A stretch of 32,557 nt of DNA, from positions 1 to 32,557 of the forward strand of contig JAFGRZ010000169.1 in NCBI GenBank assembly GCA_016934895.1. The letters are read 5' to 3'. Shown here one piece after another: positions 23,396-32,283 of this stretch. The position numbers and the translations under genes were made by a program. Source of the stretch: Candidatus Aminicenantes bacterium (GTDB lineage Bacteria > Acidobacteriota > Aminicenantia > Aminicenantales > UBA8522). The notes below the pieces were generated by a model, which searched no databases, was not told the DNA's origin, and was given only the letters and a program-made list of their open reading frames with translations. How positions within the stretch are numbered: position 1 is the first letter of the stretch; each line of letters starts with the position of its first letter.

Positions 23396-24798
23396 CAGAA
23401 ATGAACCACCAGGCTCGCGTCAAATGAAAAAAGGACCTTGGTCTCGAGATATTTCCAGGAAGTCGTCACGTAAGAAACTCCCATGGCGCCGCAAAGACCG
23501 AATCGTCCCTTGCGGACCTCGACCCCGGAGAGAAAGGACGGACCGTAGAGGGACTTTTGTTCGCGGCTGATAACATAATCGTAATCCCAGATGCCGATGA
23601 CCGCCTGGGCGGCTTCCACCCTCAGGCCGCCGTATTGGACATCCACGAAAGGGTATAAAAGGGGAGATTTCACGGGAAGATAGTACTTCAGGCCGACGCT
23701 CCACAAAGTCTCGTTGTTTACCCAGTCCGTCTCCGAATAGATGAGTGTGGTCGGAAAGATCCCGGCTCCCGCGTGAACTGCGATTCCTCCCCCAGTGGAA
23801 ATTTGGAGGCAGGCTCCCGCGCCGCCGAAGGACGATCCATAGCCGAGCCCGATAGAGACACCACCCGGTCCTTTCCTTGAAACCAGGATCCGGGCAGGCT
23901 TGATGATCTGAGGCGGGGCCGGTTTTTCTTCGGGCTCGGGCTTTTCAACTTCCTTTTCTTTCGGGGTCGGTTTCGGAGCCGGGACTTCCCGGGGCTCAGC
24001 TTTCTTTTTCTCAACCGGAGGGGGCGCCGGTTCAGATTTTTGCACAACCGGAGGCACCGGCTTCTCAATCACAACCGGAGCGGCCTTTTCAACCTTCCAG
24101 GGAGGCTCCAGGAGAGGCGCGGCCCTGCGGGGAATGGCATATTTTTTGCCCCCGGGGAGTGAAGTGGGGATAATAATTTCGCTGATCCGGGGAGGCTCCG
24201 GGGGGATGGGCTTGACCTCGACCGGTTTTTTTTGAGTTGGAGTCTTTTCCGGCGTCGGCCAAACCGGCTCTTGGAGGGGAGAAATTTTCCGGGGAAGGGG
24301 GATGGGCATATTCTGCGGAAGAGACGTGGCTATTATGGACGCCACTATCGCCGGAGCCGGCGGGGGTTCCGGCCTGAATTCCTTCCCGGGTTCGGGCTTG
24401 GGCGGAACCGGAACCGGCGGTTTCACTTTTGCTTTTGCGGAGGCCGGTTTTTCCTCCGGGGCGACCGCGGGAGTCTCGCCGACGGGCTCCACGGCGGAAT
24501 CTAAGACAAATCCGGAGATCCGCGCTCCATAGCGCGGGGAGGAAAAGCTCACATAAAACCAGATTTCTTTGATCTTCTTCTGCTGAAGGAGATTGAGCAG
24601 GGTTCCTTTGCCGACGATATCGATCCGGGTGCTGCCGCGGCTTGGCTCGATATAAACGCTCGTCCTTTCGGCGGTCACTCTGACCTGCCTGATGTTTGTC
24701 GTCTGAGCCGAAATTTGTGCCGCGCAGAGCCCCGGAACGATCAGCCAAGACAGGACCGCCGCCCGGAGGCTGCATCTCTTATCCATCAACGTTTCCAA
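23395..24798 (-). CDS. Exported SH3b-like / proline-rich repeat / C-terminal beta-barrel-like protein
   Basis: 467 aa. TTG start at 24798, or ATG at 24786. Signal peptide ...AAVLSWLIVPGLCAAQ. The SH3b-like N-domain includes VRVTAERTSVYIEPSRGSTRIDIVGKGTLL. A ~200-aa Pro/Lys/Glu-rich linker follows. The ~160-aa C-terminus has alternating Gly/aromatic beta-strand character and ends ...FDASLVVHF. Confidence 0.7.
   Translation of the reverse strand: METLMDKRCSLRAAVLSWLIVPGLCAAQISAQTTNIRQVRVTAERTSVYIEPSRGSTRIDIVGKGTLLNLLQQKKIKEIWFYVSFSSPRYGARISGFVLDSAVEPVGETPAVAPEEKPASAKAKVKPPVPVPPKPEPGKEFRPEPPPAPAIVASIIATSLPQNMPIPLPRKISPLQEPVWPTPEKTPTQKKPVEVKPIPPEPPRISEIIIPTSLPGGKKYAIPRRAAPLLEPPWKVEKAAPVVIEKPVPPVVQKSEPAPPPVEKKKAEPREVPAPKPTPKEKEVEKPEPEEKPAPPQIIKPARILVSRKGPGGVSIGLGYGSSFGGAGACLQISTGGGIAVHAGAGIFPTTLIYSETDWVNNETLWSVGLKYYLPVKSPLLYPFVDVQYGGLRVEAAQAVIGIWDYDYVISREQKSLYGPSFLSGVEVRKGRFGLCGAMGVSYVTTSWKYLETKVLFSFDASLVVHF
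24085..24366 (-). repeat. Two ~40-aa degenerate tandem repeats inside the proline-rich linker
   Basis: PPPAPAIVASIIATSLPQNMPIPLPRKISPLQEPVWPTPEK (24244-24366) aligns with PPEPPRISEIIIPTSLPGGKKYAIPRRAAPLLEPPWKVEK (24085-24204). Confidence 0.6.
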
Positions 24799-24904
24799 TT
24801 CCTCATCCTAGAATGTAGACCATAACGCCCCGACCGTCAAGTTTTTGCTATTGGACCGGATCTGTGATAAATAAATCCTTCTGAATTTCAGTTCGGATGA
24901 CGCC

Positions 24905-25933
24905 ATGAAGACGATCGCCGCCTTTGGGGAGATCATGCTCCGCCTTTCACCTCCGGGTTCCGAGAGGCTCTTCCAGACTCCGGCTCTGTCGGCCCGCTTC
25001 GGCGGGGGAGAGGCCAATGTGGCCGTTTCATTGGCCATTCTCGGCCACCGGGTCCGATATGTTTCGATCTGTCCCGCCAACGAGATCGGCGACGCCGCGG
25101 TGGCCGCGCTCCAGGCCTGGGGCGTCGAGACGGACCACATCCTCAGGCGGGGAAAAAGGCTGGGCGTCTATTTCGCCGAGAGAGGCTCCAACCAGAGGGC
25201 CGGCAAGGTGATTTACGACCGCGGCCACTCGGGCCTGGCAGAGGCCGCCGCGGGTGATGTCCACTGGGACGCCGCCCTGGCCGGCATCGATTGGTTTCAT
25301 ACGACGGGCATCACTCCCGCTCTCAGCGAAGGAGCGGCGGAGCTGACGGCTCAGGCCATCCGGACGGCCAGGGAAAAGGGGATAATGGTTTCGCTGGATC
25401 TCAATTTCCGGTCCAAGCTCTGGAACTACGGCCGGACGGCCCCCGAAGTGATGGCGGAGATCATGCCTTATGTCGATCTCGCTGTCGGCAACGAGGAAGA
25501 CTGTCAAAAGTCGCTGGGAATGGAGATCGATGCCGATGTCGAAAGCGGCTCGCTCCCGGCCGCCGCGTACGAGAAGCTGACCGCCGCCTTGCTCGACCGC
25601 TATCCCAACCTGAGACTCGCGGCCATCACCCTGCGCGAAAGCCGGAGCGCCGATTGCAACGTCTGGTCGGCCGTTCTCAGGAGCAGGAAGGGATTCTATC
25701 GGGGCCCGCGGTACGACATCACCGATATCGTCGACCGGATCGGCAGCGGAGATGCTTTTGCCGCCGGTCTGATCCACGGTCTGGATGCGCTCGGGGATGA
25801 GGAACAGGCGCTGGCGTTTGCCGTGGCCGCGTCATGCCTCAAGCATACGCTGCCGGGCGATTTCAACCTGTTCACCGAGAGAGAGGTCCTCGCCTTGATG
25901 GCGGGTGAAAAGTCGGGCCGGATCAAGAGATAG
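24905..25933 (+). CDS. kdgK: 2-dehydro-3-deoxygluconokinase (PfkB family)
   Basis: 342 aa. N-terminus MKTIAAFGEIMLRLSP. GGGEANVAVSLA, and the PfkB C-terminal motif GSGDAFAAGLIHG. Confidence 0.85.
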   Translation: MKTIAAFGEIMLRLSPPGSERLFQTPALSARFGGGEANVAVSLAILGHRVRYVSICPANEIGDAAVAALQAWGVETDHILRRGKRLGVYFAERGSNQRAGKVIYDRGHSGLAEAAAGDVHWDAALAGIDWFHTTGITPALSEGAAELTAQAIRTAREKGIMVSLDLNFRSKLWNYGRTAPEVMAEIMPYVDLAVGNEEDCQKSLGMEIDADVESGSLPAAAYEKLTAALLDRYPNLRLAAITLRESRSADCNVWSAVLRSRKGFYRGPRYDITDIVDRIGSGDAFAAGLIHGLDALGDEEQALAFAVAASCLKHTLPGDFNLFTEREVLALMAGEKSGRIKR

Positions 25934-25942
25934 GGAAGGGCG

Positions 25943-26593
25943 ATGTTCGGTGGAGACGCCATGAGTGCCCAAAAGGTTCTCGAGATCATCCTGGCGACGA
26001 AAGTCATTGCCGTCATAAGGATGTCGGACCCGGGAAAGCTGGCCGAGGTCAGCGAAGCGATCAGACGGGGAGGTGTGCGGGCCATCGAGATCACGATGAC
26101 GACACCGTCCGCTCTGAGGATCATCGCCCGGATGGCCGCCGCGAAGCCGGCCGGAACGCTTATCGGCGCGGGGACCGTCCTGGATGGCCGGAGCGCAGAA
26201 CAGGTCATCGGGGCGGGCGCTGATTTTGTCGTCTCGCCGGTCACGGATGCCGGGATGATCGCCGCCTGCAAGCGGACCGATACATTTGTCGCGCCCGGCG
26301 CTTTCACGCCGATCGAGATCCTGGCGGCCTGGGAAAAGGGAGCGGACGTGGTCAAGGTTTTTCCCGCGAGTTCGGTCGGGCCGCAATATTTCCGGGATCT
26401 CCGGGGTCCCCTGCCGCAAATCCGGCTGATGCCCACCGGAGGTGTGAACCTCCAAAACGCCCGGGAGTTCATTCGCAGCGGCGCCTGTTGCGTGGCCATC
26501 GGCACGGCTCTCCTGGACAAGGAGATCATCGCCGCCGAGGATTGGGAAGGGCTGGTCGAGAAGACCAAGGCCCTGGTGGAATCGCTGTCTTGA
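25943..26593 (+). CDS. eda: KDPG / 4-hydroxy-2-oxoglutarate aldolase
   Basis: Blocks VIAVIRM, RAIEITMTTP, GAGTVL, FVVSPV, VKVFPA, PTGGV. The alternative start ATG 25961 has GGTGGAG 5 nt upstream. Confidence 0.85.
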   Translation: MFGGDAMSAQKVLEIILATKVIAVIRMSDPGKLAEVSEAIRRGGVRAIEITMTTPSALRIIARMAAAKPAGTLIGAGTVLDGRSAEQVIGAGADFVVSPVTDAGMIAACKRTDTFVAPGAFTPIEILAAWEKGADVVKVFPASSVGPQYFRDLRGPLPQIRLMPTGGVNLQNAREFIRSGACCVAIGTALLDKEIIAAEDWEGLVEKTKALVESLS

Positions 26594-27807
26594 CCCTCGC
26601 AGAACCCAAGACCTTCTGGACCAGGGATTTCATCCTGGCCATCCTTGGCTACTTTTTTCTGTTTATGAGCATCAGCCTGTTTTTTCTCTACCCCCTTTTT
26701 TTTGAAAGATTCGGCGCTTCGGAAAGCCGGGTCGGATTGATCATGGGGATCCACAGCCTGATGGCCATCTTCATCCGTCCTTTCTTCGGCCGGCTGATCG
26801 ACGTCCGTGGGAGGAAGAGGGTTTCTCTTTCCGGGATCGGTCTTTTGATCATCATCGTGCCGCTTTTCCATCTTGTCCGCGACGCCGGGATTCTTCCTCT
26901 GGCTTTGAGAGGGCTGACCGGGCTCGGGTGGGGGATCAGCATGACCGCCACCATCACGATCTGCTCCGATCTGGCGCCCGTTGAAAAACTGGCTCACTCC
27001 ATGGGCATCATCGGGGTGGCCGGCCTCGTGGCCAGCGCATTGGGTCCGCTTGCGGCCGAAGAGACATTGCGCCGATTGGACTTCTCCGGTCTCTTTACCC
27101 TCAGCTCGATCTTTCTGGGGGCGGCTTTCTTGTTCATCCTGGCTACGCGCGAATCGCCCCGGGCCGCTCCTGAGCAACGACAAGCCCGGAGCTCCATCTT
27201 CAGGCGTCTCTCCATCCCGACGATTCTTCTCATCGCGGCTCTTCCTGTTTTCCACGGCGCCGTCCGGAGCGCGGTTGTTTATTTCATCGCTCTTTTCGGC
27301 CGGTCCATCCCGGTCGGCCGCGTGGCCCCCTTTTTTTTCAGTTTCTCGGCCGCCGCTATCCTGACCCGGCTCTGGATCGGCGATATCTCGGACCGCTACG
27401 GCCGCAAGCAGGTCATCTTTCCGGCCGCCGGAATCATCAGCCTGAACTGCGTCCTGATCTCATCCGTTCAAAGCCAGGGGATGTTCATTTTGACGGGTTT
27501 CATAGGCGGATTCGGACAGGGCCTGATCTTTCCGGCGCTGAGCGCTTATATCATCGATATCCTGGGTCGCGAAAACAAAGGGCTGGCGCTCAGCTTGTAT
27601 CTGTCGCTGTTCGATGTCGGAATGGGCGTGGGTTCCCCTTTTTTCGGCTGGATCTCCGATCTTGCCGGCTACAGGACGATGTATGTTGTCGCGGGGGCAA
27701 TCCTCCTGATTTCTTCGGCCCTTTTCTCCCTCAAAGCTCCGCCTCCCCCCCGGGCGGATGTGTCGCGGCCGCGGATTCCGGAACATGAAGATCAGACGAC
27801 GAGGTGA
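26590..27807 (+). CDS. MFS transporter
   Basis: The track ORF starts at 26488 inside eda, and that extension is Arg/Gly-rich. TTG 26590 overlaps the eda stop (TTGA) and precedes TM1, FILAILGYFFLFMSISLFFLYPLF. About 12 hydrophobic segments; MFS loop motif GRLIDVRGRKR. Confidence 0.75.
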   Translation: MTLAEPKTFWTRDFILAILGYFFLFMSISLFFLYPLFFERFGASESRVGLIMGIHSLMAIFIRPFFGRLIDVRGRKRVSLSGIGLLIIIVPLFHLVRDAGILPLALRGLTGLGWGISMTATITICSDLAPVEKLAHSMGIIGVAGLVASALGPLAAEETLRRLDFSGLFTLSSIFLGAAFLFILATRESPRAAPEQRQARSSIFRRLSIPTILLIAALPVFHGAVRSAVVYFIALFGRSIPVGRVAPFFFSFSAAAILTRLWIGDISDRYGRKQVIFPAAGIISLNCVLISSVQSQGMFILTGFIGGFGQGLIFPALSAYIIDILGRENKGLALSLYLSLFDVGMGVGSPFFGWISDLAGYRTMYVVAGAILLISSALFSLKAPPPPRADVSRPRIPEHEDQTTR

Positions 27808-27813
27808 ATCCAT

Positions 27814-28398
27814 ATGACCGAGAGCGTTCTCGACATCATTTTGTCCCGGAGGACGATCCGCCGCTTCGAACAAAGGCCTGTCGACCGGTCGATCCTTCAG
27901 GATGTGATTGAGGCCGGCCGGCTGGCTCCCTCCGCGGCGAACCTCCAGCCCCTTGAATTCGTGTTGGTCGATAGTCGGGCGGTCGCCCGGCGGATCTTCC
28001 CATGCTTGCGTTGGGCGGCCGCCATCGCCCCGCGTGGGGATCCCCGGCCGGGCCAGAAGCCGGCCGCCTACGTCGTCACTCTCGTCAACCTCAGCGTCCG
28101 GGAGAAAGGGTTCGAATACGATGTCGGAGCGGCCATGGAAAATATGATCCTGGCCGCCCGCGGGGCGGGGCTCGGGACGTGCTGGCTGCTCTCCATCGAG
28201 CGAGAAAAGATCGCCGAAATCCTCGGCGTCCCTTCGTCCCGCTGGATCGATTGTGTTCTGGCCCTGGGCTATCCGGCCGAAAGCCCGGTGGCGGAAGAGA
28301 TGACGGATTCCTTCAAATACTGGCAGGATGAGAAGGGAGTTCTTCACGTCCCCAAAAGACCTGTCCGTTCGGTCTGCCACTTCAACCGTTTTGGCTGA
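27814..28398 (+). CDS. Nitroreductase-family flavoprotein
   Basis: 194 aa. ILSRRTIRRFEQRPV, AGRLAPSAANLQPLEF, AAMENMILAARGAGLGTCW. GAGGTG lies upstream of the ATG. Confidence 0.8.
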   Translation: MTESVLDIILSRRTIRRFEQRPVDRSILQDVIEAGRLAPSAANLQPLEFVLVDSRAVARRIFPCLRWAAAIAPRGDPRPGQKPAAYVVTLVNLSVREKGFEYDVGAAMENMILAARGAGLGTCWLLSIEREKIAEILGVPSSRWIDCVLALGYPAESPVAEEMTDSFKYWQDEKGVLHVPKRPVRSVCHFNRFG

Positions 28399-28400
28399 AT

Positions 28401-29747
28401 CTACTCGCCGGCCACCGTCAATTCGCCGACCCGGACCGTCGGCCCACAGACCGCCGCCTGGAAATCAAGATCGTTCCCCACAACCTCGAGTTGATTCAGG
28501 AGCTGTTCCAGGTTGCCGGAGATGGTCACCTCGGAAACTGGATATGCGATCTCGCCTTTCTCCACCCATAATCCGAAGGCGCCTCTCGAAAAATCGCCGG
28601 TCACCGGGTTGAGGCCGTGCCCGATCGTCCGGGTGAGAAGGAGTCCCTTTTCGGTAGAGGCGATGATCTCCGGGGGCGTCGCCGCGCCGGGAGAAAGATA
28701 GAAGTTGTTGGGACTGACTCCGGTTCCCTCGGAGTTTCCGGTCGAGGGATGTTTCAATTTGCGGCCGGAGTAGCTTCCGCAGAGGAAATGACGGAGAATC
28801 CCGTTTTCGATCACTACGGTCTTTCGGCAGGGGACACCTTCGCTGTCGAACGGCCTCGAGCCGAGCTTTCCGGGCATCAATCCGTCGTCGATCACGGTGA
28901 TGTTCGCCGCTCCGACCCGGGTCCCCAGGCGCTCCGCCAGGAAGGTGGCCTTCCGGTAGACGGCAACCCCGGACACACAGGCGCACAAAAAGCCCAGGAT
29001 CCAATTCGTCATCCCCGGCTCAAAAATGACCGGGACGCGCTGGGTTTTGATCTTCCTCGGGTGGAGCTGCCTGACCGTCCGTTCAACCGCCTTTTTGGCC
29101 ACACTTTCGGGTGTTTCCAGGTCCCGGAAATGCCGGACGACCGAGGTCCAGTCGTCCTCGACCTTGTCGTCCGTGCCGCCGGCCTGGAGACCGACGCCCA
29201 GACTGCAGAAGGTTTGCTTGTACGAGCCCAGAAATCCATGCGAGTTGGCCAGAACGGTCGTGACCTCGGCGCTGTTGAAACTGGCCCCATGAGAGTTGGT
29301 GATCCGTGTGTCCTCAAGGGCGATCCTCTCTGTCTCCAGGGCGAGCCTGATCTTCCGGGAGGTTTCAAGATAAGAAATGTCGGGATCATAGAGCCTCAAA
29401 GATGATACGTCGATCTCTTCCGCAGCCGGGGGAGGCAGGCCGGAGTGGTCGTCCCGGCTGGCCAATCCGGCGCGGGCAACGGCGTTCCGAATCAGTTGGT
29501 GGACGGTCTCTTCAGCCAAGTCCGAAGTTGTCGCATAGGCCGTTTTCATGTCCTTGATGACCCGGACGCTAAGGGATCGAGCGGCGGCTTCGACCAGGCT
29601 TTCGACCTCTCCCAAGCGAACGTCCACGCTGAAGTCCCGGCCATCGATCAAGGAGATCTCGACCTCGTCCGCTCCGCAGGCCCTTCCGAAATCGACGAAC
29701 CTTGCCGCCCCTCCCAGGAGGGAATGATCCCGGACTGTCTCTGTCAT
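28401..29747 (-). CDS. pmbA: PmbA/TldE metalloprotease subunit
   Basis: 448 aa of the PmbA_TldD family, lacking the HExxxH motif. Its start overlaps the tldD stop (ATGA). Confidence 0.8.
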   Translation of the reverse strand: MTETVRDHSLLGGAARFVDFGRACGADEVEISLIDGRDFSVDVRLGEVESLVEAAARSLSVRVIKDMKTAYATTSDLAEETVHQLIRNAVARAGLASRDDHSGLPPPAAEEIDVSSLRLYDPDISYLETSRKIRLALETERIALEDTRITNSHGASFNSAEVTTVLANSHGFLGSYKQTFCSLGVGLQAGGTDDKVEDDWTSVVRHFRDLETPESVAKKAVERTVRQLHPRKIKTQRVPVIFEPGMTNWILGFLCACVSGVAVYRKATFLAERLGTRVGAANITVIDDGLMPGKLGSRPFDSEGVPCRKTVVIENGILRHFLCGSYSGRKLKHPSTGNSEGTGVSPNNFYLSPGAATPPEIIASTEKGLLLTRTIGHGLNPVTGDFSRGAFGLWVEKGEIAYPVSEVTISGNLEQLLNQLEVVGNDLDFQAAVCGPTVRVGELTVAGE

Positions 29748-31159
29748 CTTCGGCCTCCCACGGTCATACTCGAGATCTTGATTGTCGGGCAGCCGTCGGT
29801 GACCGGCACATCCTGGCCCTCTTTGCTGCAGGTCCCTGTCTGGAGCCCGAACTCCAGGTCGCAGCCGACCATTTCGATCTTTTGGAGGATGTCGATGTTT
29901 GTGCCGATGAGGGTGGCCTGCTTGAGGGGGGCGGTCAGGCGTCCTCCTTCGATCAGATGCCCGGCGCTGATCGAGAAAGTGAATTTGCCGGAGTCCTCCA
30001 CCTGTCCGCCTTCGAACCTTTCGGCGTAAATCCCTTTTCCGACGGACTTGAGAATCTCCTCGGGATCGTCCCTGCCCCGGTCGACGTAGGTGTTGGACAT
30101 GCGGGGAAGGGGAATGCAGGTGTAGTCCTGCCGGCGGCCGTGCCCGGTGAGTTCCCGGCCCATGATCCGGGCCGAGAGCCTATCCTGGAGAAAGGAATGG
30201 ACGACACCGCGGTCGATGAGCAGGGTCCTCGTAGGGCGGGTGCCTTCGTCGTCAACGGCGTAGGAACCGCGGAAAGAAGGCCGGGTGGGATCGTCGTAGA
30301 TCGTGAGCAGGGGAGAGCCGATCTTCCGGCCGAGCTTGTCCCAAAAGATCGAGGTCCGCTTGCGGTTGAAATCGGCCTCGAGCAAATGGCCGACCGCCTC
30401 GTGCACAAGAACACCGGCGTGACCAGGGGCGAGGACGACGGGAAACTCGCCCGCCGGCGAGTCGACGGCTTCGAGGAGCCGCACGGCCTCGTCGGCGGCT
30501 TCTCGGCCGATCTGCTCCGGAGTCATAACCCCCTCGAAGTATTCCATGCCGACGCGGCCGCCGCCTCCCGAAAAACCGAACTCTCTCCTCCCGTCCTTCT
30601 CGGCGACGGCCGTGCAAACGAGTTTGATCTGCGGCCGGGCGTCCTCGGCGGTCCGGCCTTCAGAATGGGCTATGGAAACATATTGGACATGGTCCTGGAA
30701 GAGGACTTTCACTTTCCGGATCCTGGGGCTGAACTCCTGACAGGATTCATATGCCCTCCGAACAAGCGTGATTTTGTCCTCTAGAGAAGCCTGCCGGGCG
30801 GGCCGGCGCACCGGGTAGACGTCCCCGCAGGCTTTGGTCCGCCGGAACCTCGGGATCGTCGCCGTCCCGGCGTTGTGCGCGATCGCGGCGGCCGTCAGGG
30901 CCGTCTTCTTGATATTCTCGAACGACAGATCATTGGTGTAGGCATAGCCTGTTTTTTCTCCCGAGATCACCCGTATCCCCAGGCCGAGGCTGACGCTTTC
31001 GGCCGTCTCCTTGATGATGTCTTCCTCCATATTGATGAAATTGAAGAGGCGGTATTCGGCATAGATCTCGGCGAAGTCGCCGCCCCGGGAAAGGGCCAGA
31101 GAGAGGATCTTTCTCCGTTCGGTGCTGGTGATGTCGAAAGAATTCTCGATCGGGATCAT
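29744..31159 (-). CDS. tldD: TldD metalloprotease subunit
   Basis: Contains the HEAVGHLLE zinc motif and GRRQDYTCIPLPRMSNT. I prefer ATG 31159, which has GGAGA upstream and an ATGA overlap with the upstream gene's stop. The track start is TTG 31189. Confidence 0.85.
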   Translation of the reverse strand: MIPIENSFDITSTERRKILSLALSRGGDFAEIYAEYRLFNFINMEEDIIKETAESVSLGLGIRVISGEKTGYAYTNDLSFENIKKTALTAAAIAHNAGTATIPRFRRTKACGDVYPVRRPARQASLEDKITLVRRAYESCQEFSPRIRKVKVLFQDHVQYVSIAHSEGRTAEDARPQIKLVCTAVAEKDGRREFGFSGGGGRVGMEYFEGVMTPEQIGREAADEAVRLLEAVDSPAGEFPVVLAPGHAGVLVHEAVGHLLEADFNRKRTSIFWDKLGRKIGSPLLTIYDDPTRPSFRGSYAVDDEGTRPTRTLLIDRGVVHSFLQDRLSARIMGRELTGHGRRQDYTCIPLPRMSNTYVDRGRDDPEEILKSVGKGIYAERFEGGQVEDSGKFTFSISAGHLIEGGRLTAPLKQATLIGTNIDILQKIEMVGCDLEFGLQTGTCSKEGQDVPVTDGCPTIKISSMTVGGRR

Positions 31160-32175
31160 TTTTCTCTCCGTTTCCAGAGGTAAGGCCAAACAAGGATCAG
31201 GATGGAGGCCAAGCCCAGCGAATACTCGAAGAAGTTGGTCAGAAAGTGGACTCCGATTCCCGAGACAACGGCCATTTTGGGATCGAAGCCCAGGAGCTTG
31301 AAAGTCAAGGCCCAGCCGGTTTCCCAGGTGCCGAAGCCGGCCAGCCCTTTGATCGGCAGGATTGAGGTCATTTCCGCACCGCTGAGGCCGAGGATAAAAA
31401 CCCAGAAGCTGAGTTGTTGGAGCGTATACCCCTGGCCTTTTAGAAACGCATAAAAAAGGGCATAGAGGGAGATATACTTGGCCAGACGAATCAGAAGAGA
31501 GAGGATGAAGATCGGGATGGACCGTCCTCTCTGCCGGATGCCCTCCAGGCTCTCTATGGTGAGCTCAAACTTCGCGATGACGATCCGGGAGCTTCTTTTC
31601 TCTTCGATCCCGGCGGCCCTCAAAAGACGCCGGAAGACGCCCAAAACCAGCCCGGCGATCGGGGTGATCTTCCAGTATACAATCCCGACCAGGAGTAAAA
31701 AAGCGGCGGCGATGGCCAGAAGAAGCGGCGTGGATATGGAGGCGGTGCCCACCCCGACGGCCAGGAGCGAAACGATCAGAAAGGGGCTGATGGTCAGAAA
31801 ATCCAAGACGAAGGCCAGAACGAAACTCGATGTCGCCGTTTCGAAGCGGAAGCCAAGCCTCTTATTCAGGATGTAGATGTAAGAAAGCGAGCCCAGGCGG
31901 GCGGGGAGCAGGTCGATCAAGCTGTTCCGGATGAAGGTGACCAGAAGGATATTTCCCCAACTGATCGGCTGAGGCATGAGGAGCCATTTATATCGCCAGG
32001 CGCGGAGCCAGGCGCCCAACAGCGCGACCGCCGCATAGACGGCCAGAGCGGGGACGAAGAGCCGCGAGAAAGCGAGGGCCAGGTCGGAGAAATCGATCTT
32101 TGCAAACAGGAACCAGAGGAGAACGGCCGAAACGGCGCCGGAAAGGGCGATATAGAGCAGCCTATTCCTGAACAT
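31156..32175 (-). CDS. UPF0104 / lysyl-phosphatidylglycerol-synthase-TM-like (flippase-like) integral membrane protein
   Basis: 339 aa with ~8 hydrophobic segments. The N-terminal pattern LLWFLFAKIDFSDLALAF...LGAWLRAWRYKWLL is typical of this family. Confidence 0.7.
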   Translation of the reverse strand: MFRNRLLYIALSGAVSAVLLWFLFAKIDFSDLALAFSRLFVPALAVYAAVALLGAWLRAWRYKWLLMPQPISWGNILLVTFIRNSLIDLLPARLGSLSYIYILNKRLGFRFETATSSFVLAFVLDFLTISPFLIVSLLAVGVGTASISTPLLLAIAAAFLLLVGIVYWKITPIAGLVLGVFRRLLRAAGIEEKRSSRIVIAKFELTIESLEGIRQRGRSIPIFILSLLIRLAKYISLYALFYAFLKGQGYTLQQLSFWVFILGLSGAEMTSILPIKGLAGFGTWETGWALTFKLLGFDPKMAVVSGIGVHFLTNFFEYSLGLASILILVWPYLWKRREK

Positions 32176-32283
32176 GTGCCCCTATTCTATGCCCGGCCGG
32201 ATGATTGTCAATCCGGACGCTTCCCACCGGCCGCGCCGGTTTGATAGAATGTCGCCGTGATCCTGAATTGGAGGAGGGAATCG

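Noticed and set aside
27814-31159. A RiPP/microcin-like cluster suggested by a nitroreductase-fold protein next to TldD/PmbA, by analogy with McbC and TldD/E.
   Set aside because: The nitroreductase is a short generic 194-aa NfsB-like protein on the opposite strand. There is no cyclodehydratase, no YcaO, no precursor-like small ORF and no ABC exporter nearby.
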